A stretch of DNA of 63,821 nt, counting the filler, from Octopus bimaculoides (Eukaryota), in the NCBI RefSeq assembly GCF_001194135.2. It is 5 parts of 5 records of this genome, joined end to end, with 100 filler letters (N's around TTAATTAATTAA, not from the genome) between each part and the next. Parts side by side here need not be neighbours in the genome. Positions count along the whole stretch, not along the records: positions 1 to 27,913 come from NC_068983.1; 4 more parts are not named here. The stretch is one strand, 5' to 3'. Shown here piece after piece: positions 1 through 12,473 of the stretch. How positions within the stretch are numbered: the stretch's first letter is position 1; every line of letters starts with the position of its first letter. The notes beneath the pieces are model-generated. The model was not told the DNA's origin. It ran no database searches and saw only the letters and a program-made list of their open reading frames with translations. A program made the position numbers and the translations under genes.

Positions 1-36
1 GATGATGATGTTGATGATGATGATGAAGATGATGAA

Positions 37-76
<40 letters not shown>

Positions 77-166
77 TTGATGATGATGATGATGATGATG
101 AGGATGATGATGATGATAATGTTGATGATAATGATGATGATGATGATGATGAAGATGATGATGATG

Positions 167-202
<36 letters not shown>

Positions 203-228
203 TTGATGATGATGATGAAGATGATGAA

Positions 229-286
<58 letters not shown>

Positions 287-330
287 TTGATGATGATGAT
301 GAAGATGATGATGAAGATGATGAAGAGGAG
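1..330. repeat. Interrupted (GAT)n microsatellite
   Basis: About 110 GAT units with GAA/GAG/GTT/AAT variants, seen directly. Confidence 0.97.
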
Positions 331-1489
331 GTTAGTTGTCACACAGCGGCGTTGTTTGTAGTGGTGTGGTATAGGTGGTAGTGGTTACTAGGGTGGTGGC
401 AGCATTGATAAACATGTCGGTTGTCATATTGACGGTGGTGATATCGGCGCTGGCCGTTGCGGTAGCGAAGGAGAAAGTTTATGGATGAAAGAAAGGAGAA
501 TAATTGAGAAAAGATATGTGAATTTGTGTGATTAGGAAAAAGGAAGAAATAATATAAGGTGTAATAATATCGTAAATTAACTAGCATCTTGCTTTAGAGG
601 AAGGAAAATTTAGTAAAGAACCTTGCTTATTGTCAGCGGACGAAGATCTTATCGTAATGCCGACGATTGAAAAGACTAGAGCTATAGGAGGACAGGCTGT
701 GCTCGTAAAGTACCCAATTTATATGTCACATTCCAATTACAAACACAGACACACTTATTCCTTGCCAAATTTGGTTCTCTCTTAGATTTGCAAACAAATT
801 CGGAACATAAACAAAAAGAACTACAGAGTTTTCGAAAGAAAATGAAGAGAAACTTTGAGAGCGAACAAGAGAGAGAGAGAGGGGGAGAGAAAAGAGAGGA
901 GACAGAGAAGAAAGAACAAAAAGAGAGACGAGGAAAAGCGAAGGAGAGAGAGAGAGAGAGGACGAAGATAGAGAAATTGGAATTGAGAGAGAGTTTGTGA
1001 AAGATGGAAGCAAAAAGAAGACAAAAAATGGCAGCCGTATTTCTTTCTGGAGAGATATTTATGAGAGGAGAGTCCATAACTTTTCTATAATGGTTTCTGT
1101 AAATCAAAACCTGTTTTGCAAGCTAAGAAATTGTTTTGGGGAGGTGGTGCTGTCTTAACATTTGTGGGGATGGCTGGTGCAGATGGTTTATAGTAGAAGT
1201 GGTGGTGCCTTGGAGGGGGAGGGGGAGCAGAGGCAGATGGCTGGTGGTGGCGGTGGTGGTGTTGGGGTTGAGTGTGGAGAGAGGGCGTGGCGGCGCGGCG
1301 AGAAAAGAAGAGAAGCAGTCTTGGCATTTTCTTTCATATAAATATAAGAGAATAGTTTGGTGACTGTTGTTGTTGTCAATGTCATTGTTGTTGTTGTTAC
1401 GAGTTGTGTGTGTTTGGAGGGAGGGTTGGGTGTAGCGGCGGGAATTGGTACTGCGACGGAGATGGTGTTGGAGAGGAGAGGGAATTAAG

Positions 1490-1524
<35 letters not shown>

Positions 1525-1847
1525 GTGGTGATGATGGGGGTGGGGTGCAGCCGCCGCCGCTGCTGCTGCTGGTAGCGGGGCTTTGGACATAAACGACTAG
1601 GAAGCAAATGAAATCGTTTAGAAATAGAAAGTAAGAGACAGAGAGAAATAAACGGGGAGGGGTGGGGAGAAAATGAAATGGTAGGAGTAAAAAGAAACAG
1701 AGAGAGTGAAGGAGGATGAGGAGGAGGAGGAGAGGGAGTGAGAGAGACAGGAAGTACGGGGATGAAGATCGAGAGGGGGCGATAGTGTGAGAGTGGAAAA
1801 GAGGAGAAAAGTGAATCGGAGAGTGGGAGAGATAGACAGATTGGCAT

Positions 1848-1888
1848 ATAGATAGATAGACAGAGAGATAGATAGATAGATAGATAGG

Positions 1889-1923
<35 letters not shown>

Positions 1924-1949
1924 GTAGATAGATAGATAGATAGACAGAC

Positions 1950-1990
<41 letters not shown>
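1848..1990. repeat. (GATA)n microsatellite
   Basis: Seen directly, with occasional GACA/GGTA variants. Confidence 0.97.
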
Positions 1991-1991
<1 letters not shown>

Positions 1992-2760
1992 GGAGAGAGA
2001 TTTATGAAGTCATTATATATNNNNNNNNNNNNNNNNNNNNNNNNNNNNNNNNNNNNNNNNNNNNNNNNNNNNNNNNNNNNNNNNNNNNNNNNNNNNNNNN
2101 NNNNNNNNNNNNNNNNNNNNNNNNNNNNNNNNNNNNNNNNNNNNNNNNNNNNNNNNNNNNNNNNNNNNNNNNNNNNNNNNNNNNNNNNNNNNNNNNNNNN
2201 NNNNNNNNNNNNNNNNNNNNNNNNNNNNNNNNNNNNNNNNNNNNNNNNNNNNNNNNNNNNNNNNNNNNNNNNNNNNNNNNNNNNNNNNNNNNNNNNNNNN
2301 NNNNNNNNNNNNNNNNNNNNNNNNNNNNNNNNNNNNNNNNNNNNNNNNNNNNNNNNNNNNNNNNNNNNNNNNNNNNNNNNNNNNNNNNNNNNNNNNNNNN
2401 NNNNNNNNNNNNNNNNNNNNNNNNNNNNNNNNNNNNNNNNNNNNNNNNNNNNNNNNNNNNNNNNNNNNNNNNNNNNNNNNNNNNNNNNNNNNNNNNNNNN
2501 NNNNNNNNNNNNNNNNNNNNNNNNNNNNNNNNNNNNNNNNNNNNNNNNNNNNNNNNNNNNNNNNNNNNNNNNNNNNNNNNNNNNNNNNNNNNNNNNNNNN
2601 NNNNNNNNNNNNNNNNNNNNNNNNNNNNNNNNNNNNNNNNNNNNNNNNNNNNNNNNNNNNNNNNNNNNNNNNNNNNNNNNNNNNNNNNNNNNNNNNNNNN
2701 NNNNNNNNNNNNNNNNNNNNNNNNNNNNNNNNNNNNNNNNNNNNNNNNNNNATATATATG

Positions 2761-2808
<48 letters not shown>

Positions 2809-2809
2809 C

Positions 2810-2842
<33 letters not shown>

Positions 2843-3316
2843 TACATATACATATATATTACGTGTGTGAGGGAGAGTATCTTTCGATAATAGAAATACG
2901 AAAAACTGGGTGTGGGGTGGGGTGGGGTAGAGGACAAGAAATAAAGATTTTGATTGTTTGTTTATTTGTTGTTGAATTTTCTTTTCTTTTCCTTCTGGTT
3001 TTGTTTATTGAAAGACGTTGTAAGGGAAACTGGAAACAATTTCTGAATCGAATTGTAGGAAATAACAAGGAGTATAAATCTGAGAGAACATAATTTTATA
3101 TGAAAATTCATTTCATCTGTTCTGATAATCTTATCTGCATCACCATCACACCTTACACACACACACACACACACACACACGTACACATACATACAGCCAC
3201 ACACTCAGACGTACACTGTCTGTCACTCACATTCATTTAATCTCTCTCCCTTCTCTCTCTCTCTCTCGCTCGCCCTTTCTCACTCTACCTTTCCCTCTGT
3301 TTCTGCATTTCTCTCT

Positions 3317-3372
<56 letters not shown>

Positions 3373-3741
3373 NNNNNNNNNNNNNNNNNNNNNNNNNNNN
3401 NNNNNNNNNNNNNNNNNNNNNNNNNNNNNNNNNNNNNNNNNNNNNNNNNNNNNNNNNNNNNNNNNNNNNNNNNNNNNNNNNNNNNNNNNNNNNNNNNNNN
3501 NNNNNNNNNNNNNNNNNNNNNNNNNNNNNNNNNNNNNNNNNNNNNNNNNNNNNNNNNNNNNNNNNNNNNNNNNNNNNNNNNNNNNNNNNNNNNNNNNNNN
3601 NNNNNNNNNNNNNNNNNNNNNNNNNNNNNNNNNNNNNNNNNNNNNNNNNNNNNNNNNNNNNNNNNNNNNNNNNNNNNNNNNNNNTATGTATGCATATGTA
3701 TACATACACTCACTCACTCACGCATGTGTATGTATAGACAC

Positions 3742-3778
<37 letters not shown>

Positions 3779-4376
3779 CTTACATGTATATATCTATATA
3801 TGTATACACATACACACATATACATACACACACATACATGTATAGATAGATAGATAGGTTGAAAGATAGATAAATAAATACATAGATAAATAAATAGATA
3901 GATAGATAGATAGATGCATACATACATACATGCATACATACATGCATACATACATACGTACATACACACATACATATATACATACATACATATGTACATA
4001 TAGACTATAGGCATGTAGACATATGCATGCCTATACACGCGCACATACAACCACACTTGCGCATTATCGCTCCTCCTGAATACTTTTCATTCCCTTTCTC
4101 GATGGCGGCCATACTGTGTCTTAGTATGAATATATATATATTAAAAGCCCTTCTATGAAAATACTCATGCATATTGCATATGTATGCATATGAATGTTCA
4201 TGAAGATATTTACGCGCCAACACATTCGTACGAGTACACATATACATAACCAATCATACATACAGGAAAAAGTACCCATAAATCTATACACAAATGCACA
4301 CATATATACACATACACACACACACACACAGACACACACACACACACACACGTATAAATATATGTATATATATGCA

Positions 4377-4446
<70 letters not shown>

Positions 4447-5109
4447 GGTGTGTGCTTACGCATAGTCGTCTATACGATCATATAAATGTACAAATATACA
4501 TACATATATACACACATATATATATACACACACACATATATAAATAAATACATATTATAAGCCATACAATATATGTATATAGATTTCTTAATATGTTTGA
4601 GAGATAAGATATGGCTTCCATATACATGAATATACATACGAATTTATGTATCCAAAAGTTGAGAGATACATCGATACTCCCATCTGTGCGAATGCATGTG
4701 CATGTGTATTCATTTATATGTGTGAGCTAACACACACATGCGTACACATACAATTCATCTTACTCCCTCCTTCCTCGTCAGCGAATGAATCTATATTACG
4801 CATCCGCTGTGGTGTAGGTGTATGTGTAGAAGTAAAGATAAAATGTGAGACAGAGCAAAGGAGAGAAATGTATGCTTTACATATCTCAGTGAGAGCAAGT
4901 TAGACAGTGATAAAGAGATTTGATGAAAGGGGAAGGCGGGAGAGGTAAAAGTCAAATAAGACTCGGATTATACTCCACACAAACATGCACACATACACGG
5001 ATACACAAAATATACAGGCCAATATGTTTGTTAATAAAATCCTGTCACTCCTGTGTGTGTGTATGTGCATACGTCTCAGTCTCTTTGTCTTGAACCCTCT
5101 ATCTATTCC

Positions 5110-5193
<84 letters not shown>

Positions 5194-5599
5194 TTGATAA
5201 TTGTAAGCACCTGTATATGCCAGATATATGCCTGTAAGCATACTTGGGAAAGAATATATTTGCGGCTGAAGATAGCTTTATACCATCGTGTCTATCAATT
5301 ATATACCAATATAATGATGCAACGAGTATAAAGCTTGAAACACGTGTACCGCGGAATCCTTAGTGTTATTTTTATTTTGACGTTTTTAATTTATATATAT
5401 ATATATATATATACGTTGTTATATTCGGGACGGTCATTTTTTCCCCAAATAAACACGCGCACTATAAATTCGTTCGTCTCTTCATTGTATGGAACCCTTT
5501 CGTCGCACATCTGTGACCGCTTCAGCGACTCTTTCCACCCGCGTGTATTATCTTGCTTTGTTTGATAATTGTGTAAAGAAAGAGAAACTTAAAGAGGAA

Positions 5600-6190
5600 A
5601 AGAACACAAAAAAAGACACAGTATGGTAGGAGAAAAATATACTGAAAGTTTGCAAGAGATACGAACGCCAAGACAAATACAAAAGACCGGTGGTTATGGA
5701 TGAGGAGGAGTGACCTGAAGATAGAGGCAGAAGCACTTATATGCGCAGCACAAAAACAAGCGTTAAAGCCTAATTATGTGCAGTGCAGAATCGACAACAC
5801 TACCGACAGCGACAAACGCAGAATGTGTGCTGAGAGGGGTGAAACGGTATGACACATTGTTACCGAATGCCCGAAATTGGCACAACGCGATTACAAAGGA
5901 CAGCATGACAATGTGGCAAGAATGATCCACTGGGAGGTCTGTGGAAATCACGGCCTACAAAGAGCAAAGACGTGCTATGAGCAAACCCCAGAAGGAGTCA
6001 CCGAGAACGAAAATTGCAAAATACTGTGGGATGCAATGATTTAGTGTGATCACCTGACCAGACATAGGAAAGCGGACGTTGTTGTGGTTAATAAAAAAGA
6101 AAGAAATCGCATAATAATTGACGTAGCATGTCAACAGGATCAAAGAGTGACAACAGGATCAAAGATAAAGAAGGGTTATTGAAGCATGAC
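5600..6190 (+). mobile_element. Decayed 3' fragment of an R4/Dong-clade non-LTR retrotransposon (zinc knuckle plus restriction-like endonuclease)
   Basis: Manual translation gives RWLWMRRSDLKIEAEALICAAQKQAL...RMCAERGETV*HIVTECPKLAQRDYKGQHDNVARMIHWEVC...NENCKILWDAMI*CDHLTRHRKADVVVVNKKERNRIIIDVAC. This matches the C-x2-C-x7-H-x4-C knuckle and PD..D RLE layout of R4-type elements, with stops. Confidence 0.85.
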
Positions 6191-6291
6191 CAGTAAATAA
6201 TTGTCACCTTAGTCTGTTGGCTGTGGATAGCTGACACTATCATACCCAGCAAAATAAGCTGAGAGTTTTCATCAAATAATAATAATGATAA

Positions 6292-6515
6292 TAATAATCC
6301 TTTCTCCTAAGGGCACAAGGCCTGAGATTTGGTGAAGGGAGGGAACTAGTCGATTCCATCGACTCCAGTATTTGACTAGTACTTAATTTATCGACCCCCA
6401 AAGGCTGAAAGGCAAAGTCGACCTCAGCGGAATTTGAACTCAGAACTTAGCGACGGGCTAAATACCGTTAAGCCTTTCGTTCAGCGTGCTAAAGATACTG
6501 CCAGCTTGCCGCCTT
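6292..6515 (-). mobile_element. tRNA-derived SINE (octopus OR-type family, AAGGCGGCGAGCTGGCAG head)
   Basis: The minus strand reads aaggcggcaagctggcag...tctgagttcaaattccgctgaggtcgactttgcctttcagcctttgggggtcgataaattaagtac, including a B-box-like GAGTTCAAAT. TAA repeats flank both sides. Family name is from memory. Confidence 0.85.
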
Positions 6516-6532
6516 AATAATGATAATAATGA

Positions 6533-6533
6533 A

Positions 6534-6622
<89 letters not shown>
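6533..6622. repeat. (TAT)n microsatellite
   Basis: Seen directly. Confidence 0.97.
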
Positions 6623-6623
<1 letters not shown>

Positions 6624-7257
6624 CTAATAATCGATCACCGTGTATTCGCAAAAGGAAAAAGTACTCTAATATTAGGGCATGTAGCCCGATTCCAATGTTA
6701 GACTATTTTCTTTAGCCAATACACGGTGATAGCTTACAACCTTCAAGCTTATAATTATATAAATATTAATATAATGTGGGTAAAAACATTATAGTTTGTT
6801 TTCCAAAGTTCCACTTCAGGTATTAGCTACAAAATGCTATCACGCAGTGGGACGGGACTTCTGTCACTGGAGATGCATGTGGCACAACTTTTGACTATAC
6901 TTACCTGAAGAGACAAATATGCCGCTATTGCTGAATGATATCAACGTAAGTTTACTTATAATATATGTAACATCCAGCAACGATCACTTGGTTATAATGT
7001 GTCGAAAGAATTGCACTGGTTTGTAATAAAGCCTGCACCATTCATCCATGTATTAATAACTTTTATATATATATACATATACACGCACAAACACACACAC
7101 ATAATTTTGACTTCTTAAGAAATTAGAAACTTTCGAGAGAACGCAACATGATCCTAAAGACGATGGCTGCTCGTGGAAATCGAACCTATATCTTCTGTAG
7201 ACACGGGCAGCCTTCGACTTTTTCATCACAATATTTACATAACATACAAATATATAT

Positions 7258-8530
7258 GTGTCCCAGAAGTCGCGCACCATCCTGTTTTTTTTTTTAAATA
7301 CACCTTTTTGGGTTTTAAAAACACTTTATTGAAATTAATCATAACAAATGCTCAAATTGAGCACCCTCTGCAATAAAAAATGCATCAATTCTATTTATGA
7401 AACTGTCTTTCACACTCCTGAGGGTAGAAAGGGTGATCTTTTGGCACTCAGTTGTTATTGCATCCTTCAAATCCTCAAGAGTGCGTGGACGATTCTGCTA
7501 CACAACAGATTTGAGATATCCCCAAAGGAAATAGTCAAGGGGAGTAAGATCTGGGGATCGGGGTGGCCACTCCCTGGAACCTCTCTGTCCAATGTATATG
7601 TTAGGAAAGGTCTGGTTTAAGTAGTTATGCACGCAATTAGCAAAGTGTGTTGGAGCTCCATCCTGCTGAAAAAAGAAGATTTTTCGTCGAATTATAGGAA
7701 CATCCTCAAGGTAGTCAAATAAGAAGGTCTGCAGGAGCTTTAAATAAGTTTCACTGGTGACATTATTATTAAAAAAGTAAGGGTCAATGATTTCCTCCTC
7801 CCAGATTCCAGCCTAGACCATGCTCCTCGGGTTGTTCTGATGGTGTTCCCCCTCATTGCAATGTGGATTGTTGTCTGACCAGTAGCGCATATTGTGTCGG
7901 TTTACTTGGCCATTTAAATGGAAAATGGCATCATCATTGAAGAATATTGAAGAATCTCTATGTACGCGAATCTATTCACAGAATTCCAATCATCTATCTT
8001 TGTCATCACCATGAAGAGCTTACACAAGGTGAACTTCGTGCAGATGAAATTTGTGAGTCTTGAGTATACGATGCACTGATGATTCGCTAATCTTTAGCAC
8101 TTGGTTTACTCTTCTGACTGATTTCACAGGACTACTAACAACTTTCGCCAAAACAATAGTGGATGTTTCTTCATCAGTTACAGTCTTTGGTCATCCATAT
8201 CTCTTACAGTCAGCCACTGAGCCAGTTTCTTGGAAACGTTTGGTTAAACGGCAGACAGTAGTATGGCTCAATGATTCTCGCTCAGGATGTTTGCGGTTGA
8301 ATTCTTCAGTTACTGAGCGATGTGTTGCCCCGTCTCTTCCAAACAAGAAAGCAATTTGAACTCTTTTTTCTAATCTTATTTTATAAGCCATAATTCAATC
8401 TGAAATATAGAACAGATAGAAAATAAACTGAATGAAATAAAATAAATTCAAAAAAAATATTAAGTCAAATAAATTGCGTCAATTATTTTTAATGAAAACC
8501 AGAATGGTGCACGACCTCTGGGACACCCTG
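7258..8530 (-). mobile_element. Decayed near-full-length Tc1/mariner DD41D (rosa/VS family) transposon
   Basis: The right TIR reads CAGGGTGTCCCAGAGGTCGTGCACCATTCTG on the minus strand next to TA at 8531-8532; the left remnant gtgtcccagaagtcgcgcaccatcctg is at 7258. The transposase N-terminus is MAYKIRLEKRVQIAFLFGRDGATHRSV. The catalytic segment QQDGAPTHFANCVHNYLNQTFPNIYIGQRGSREWPPRSPDLTPLDYFLWGYL has exactly 41 residues between D (7660-7662) and D (7534-7536). Confidence 0.9.
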
Positions 8531-8540
8531 TATATATATT

Positions 8541-8575
<35 letters not shown>

Positions 8576-8728
8576 ATAGAGAGGGATAAAGAGAAAAGAT
8601 AATAAACACAGAAGNNNNNNNNNNNNNNNNNNNNNNNNNNNNNNNNNNNNNNNNNNNNNNNNNNNNNNNNNNNNNNNNNNNNNNNNNNNNNNNNNNNNNN
8701 NNNNNNNNNNNNNNNNNNNNNNNNNNNN

Positions 8729-8975
8729 CGGTTGAATTCTTCAGTTACTGAGCGATGTGTTGCCCCGTCTCTTCCAAACAAGAAAGCAATTTGAACTCTT
8801 TTTTCTAATCTTATTTTATAAGCCATAATTCAATCTGAAATATAGAACAGATAGAAAATAAACTGAATGAAATAAAATAAATTCAAAAAAAATATTAAGT
8901 CAAATAAATTGCGTCAATTATTTTTAATGAAAACCAGAATGGTGCACGACCTCTGGGACACCCTGTATATATATT

Positions 8976-9010
<35 letters not shown>

Positions 9011-9049
9011 ATAGAGAGGGATAAAGAGAAAAGATAATAAACACAGAAG
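8729..9049. other. Assembly duplication of about 8295-8614 across an N gap
   Basis: The sequence after the gap appears identical to the sequence before it, including the microsatellite lengths. Confidence 0.8.
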
Positions 9050-9379
9050 ATTCGTTTTACAGGATTTAAGACTATATTAAAGCCATGATAATAATGATAT
9101 ACCATTTTGAACAAAATAAGGTTTTGTTCTTTCAACATGATTGAAGTAGGGTCCAGTTTTGCATTACTCATCAAACTGAGAGTTGAAAGAAATAAATTGT
9201 TAGGGGGAAAAATATTGCTTGGGAAGATAATTGTTCTCTCATTTATTTTGCAGTAAAGGGGAGGTAAATCTGTAATTTTTCTTTTTTCTTTATTTTTTGT
9301 GTTCTCTGCTTTATTCTGGCTTACATCTTCCATTAGATGGGGTAAGTCCTTTATGTTTAATATGGGTTCATATTTAATC

Positions 9380-9660
9380 CCAGTTAATATTTGTGGATAA
9401 ATGAGGCATCTTTAATCAGGCTTACTTGAGTTGAGGTCCAGAAGGCAAGTTTATAAATGGCAAAATTTTGAATTGTGGATGTAATCGTTCTGCACATTCG
9501 TCAATGTGTTTGTTGACTGAGGTATAGTTGGCGATATTGTGGGGAGGAAATTTGTTGTCTGTGGACCGTACATCTCTCAATATAACTTCGATGGCTCAAC
9601 AGAAAATACAAGGAGATCATTTAATTATGACGTTATTTAACATTTTCCGTTCTCAGAATC
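9380..9660 (-). mobile_element. Degraded Penelope-like GIY-YIG endonuclease C-terminal fragment
   Basis: The minus strand gives RCTVHRQQISSPQYRQLYLS..HIDECAERLHPQFKILPF. This parallels RMTAHRQQIRNNNTRKIPLSSHIAAC in the 29.6-32 kb Penelope. Frameshifted. Confidence 0.55.
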
Positions 9661-9757
9661 ACACATATTGCAGCAGTCCTTCAGTTTTTCTAAGCCATGT
9701 GAAAGAACTCGGAAGGTTGGGTCTCCAACTAGGGCTTTTGAGCGCGCGCGCGCACGC

Positions 9758-9798
<41 letters not shown>

Positions 9799-10835
9799 CA
9801 CAGACACACACACACACACACACACACGCAAACACAAATACACACAAACACATGCATTCTGATGTAGATTTAAAAACTTTTATAGTAGATATAAAAATGA
9901 AAGAGGTTTATTGACCCTTTGATAAATTGTTGGTTTCACTATCGCAGGGCTGAGAGGGCCCTATCTATAGCTGTNNNNNNNNNNNNNNNNNNNNNNNNNN
10001 NNNNNNNNNNNNNNNNNNNNNNNNNNNNNNNNNNNNNNNNNNNNNNNNNNNNNNNNNNNNNNNNNNNNNNNNNNNNNNNNNNNNNNNNNNNNNNNNNNNN
10101 NNNNNNNNNNNNNNNNNNNNNNNNNNNNNNNNNNNNNNNNNNNNNNNNNNNNNNNNNNNNNNNNNNNNNNNNNNNNNNNNNNNNNNNNNNNNNNNNNNNN
10201 NNNNNNNNNNNNNNNNNNNNNNNNNNNNNNNNNNNNNNNNNNNNNNNNNNNNNNNNNNNNNNNNNNNNNNNNNNNNNNNNNNNNNNNNNNNNNNNNNNNN
10301 NNNNNNNNNNNNNNNNNNNNNNNNNNNNNNNNNNNNNNNNNNNNNNNNNNNNNNNNNNNNNNNNNNNNNNNNNNNNNNNNNNNNNNNNNNNNNNNNNNNN
10401 NNNNNNNNNNNNNNNNNNNNNNNNNNNNNNNNNNNNNNNNNNNNNNNNNNNNNNNNNNNNNNNNNNNNNNNNNNNNNNNNNNNNNNNNNNNNNNNNNNNN
10501 NNNNNNNNNNNNNNNNNNNNNNNNNNNNNNNNNNNNNNNNNNNNNNNNNNNNNNNNNNNNNNNNNNNNNNNNNNNNNNNNNNNNNNNNNNNNNNNNNNNN
10601 NNNNNNNNNNNNNNNNNNNNNNNNNNNNNNNNNNNNNNNNNNNNNNNNNNNNNNNNNNNNNNNNNNNNNNNNNNNNNNNNNNNNNNNNNNNNNNNNNNNN
10701 NNNNNNNNNNNNNNNNNNNNNNNNNNNNNNNNNNNNNNNNNNNNNNNNNNNNNNNNNNNNNNNNNNNNNNNNNNNNNNNNNNNNNNNNNNNNNNNNNNNN
10801 NNNNNNNNNNNNNNNNNNNNNNNNNNNNNNNNNNN

Positions 10836-10899
<64 letters not shown>

Positions 10900-11284
10900 A
10901 AGAGAGAGAGGGAGAGACTTTGAAAAGTCAAAATTGTCCAGAAATTAGTAATTTGCTTCGTTATATATTTCGTAAAAATTGTCACTATATTATGAAAATT
11001 AACCTCTCCATTCAAAGTGAAATCATTAATCACAATGACAATTTAAAACTAAGCATATATATACACATTGAAGATTAATGAATGATTTTAGGAAAACTCA
11101 TAAAATCCTGATTCACTGTTTGTTTGATGTGAAATGACACAAAGCAAACTTTATCCTAAAAAAAACAGTTGTAAGTTCATCTGTGTTATCTTTTAGCAGG
11201 TGTTTCGCTTTAGAACAAGTCAACTATTGAAATTAACTTGATAATATTCAATTACGAAGTGGGAGCGCTAAGAAGTAATAAGTA

Positions 11285-11634
11285 TAAAGGCAATGTTATT
11301 ACGAGTTCGAATATGTTGAAAGCACGTTCAGAGTTGTAAACAAGCATTTCACTGTGTTTTATTTTGGAGAAAATTTCTCGCTGTAGACAAATGGCGTAAA
11401 TACACACAAATCAGCTAGCGGCGCCACCGTTCTGTTTCTGTGACCGAAGAGGAGATGACCACTCCGAAATGCTTGCATCTCACAGTCTGGATAGGTGACG
11501 TTGCGAGCTGATTGGGGTGTATTTACACCATTTGTCTACAGCGAGAAATTTTCTTCATGACGAAACACAGTGAATGGCTTGATAAGTCTGAACGTGCTTT
11601 TAGCATATTCGAACTGGTAATAACATTACATTTA
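11285..11634. mobile_element. About 350-bp palindromic non-autonomous DNA element (MITE-like, possibly Kolobok-type)
   Basis: The arms at 11285-11445 and 11475-11634 are reverse complements, for example tctcgctgtagacaaatgg vs ccatttgtctacagcgaga and agttcgaatatg vs catattcgaact. The ends ataa|aggc and acat|ttaa resemble a TTAA target. The superfamily call is inference. Confidence 0.75.
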
Positions 11635-12423
11635 ACAATATTCAGTCTAATTTCATTTGTAAAAGGTTTATTTTCTTGTTTAGAATTACTTTGGTTTGTA
11701 GGTTGATTAATTTCCTTACCTCATATCCCACTCCCATCGCACGCTCTTGACGAAACAGTAAAGTCCACACATGTATGATACAGAAAATTGTCTTGAATGT
11801 AATCCTCTGAGCTGTATCAGTTGGTGGAAAATGTAAGTGGAACATTTCTGTTTACAGCCGCAGTTGATGGTGCTCACCACTTTACCTACACAAAACCTTA
11901 GATTAATCAACCCCAAAATTTAATTCCATGAACCAATATCCTAAAGATCAAAGTGAAGTAGAATTTAAACAACATGCGTCCATTTCTGTGTTTCTACAAA
12001 TATGAAGAGAACAAGAGTAAGTGTTTGTATTACAGTTTCAAGCAGGAACGTAAGGTAGAGATTAAAGAATCGAGAAACAAACGTGAAAAAAGAGAAAAAG
12101 TGTGATCTAATAAAGTAAAAAGAAAGGGAGGAGGGAGGGGAAAATATCATGAGGAAGGGCATATAAAGGAGTATAATTTGCCCTTCCTTTTTCAAAACAC
12201 ACACACACATATATACATATATATATGTACAGATACACATACACTTATATACGTACATACTATGCATATACATGTATATATATACATATACATCATACAC
12301 ATACACACATCCATCCATCCATCCATCCATCCATCCATCCATCCATCCATACATACATACCATACATACATATACGTATAGATATGCATACACTTACATC
12401 CGTACATACTATGCATATACGTG

Positions 12424-12473
<50 letters not shown>

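Noticed and set aside
1-330. (GAT)n as a poly-Asp/Glu acidic protein tract
   Set aside because: No flanking coding context or splice signals; identical compound repeats occur throughout the window.
6897-6907. ATACTTACCTG matching the 5' end of U1 snRNA
   Set aside because: Similarity stops after 11 nt, with no U1 stem-loops or Sm site. It is better read as a minus-strand splice donor.
8295-9049. Apparent tandem duplication of a transposon end
   Set aside because: Identical copies on either side of an N gap indicate unmerged overlapping contig ends.
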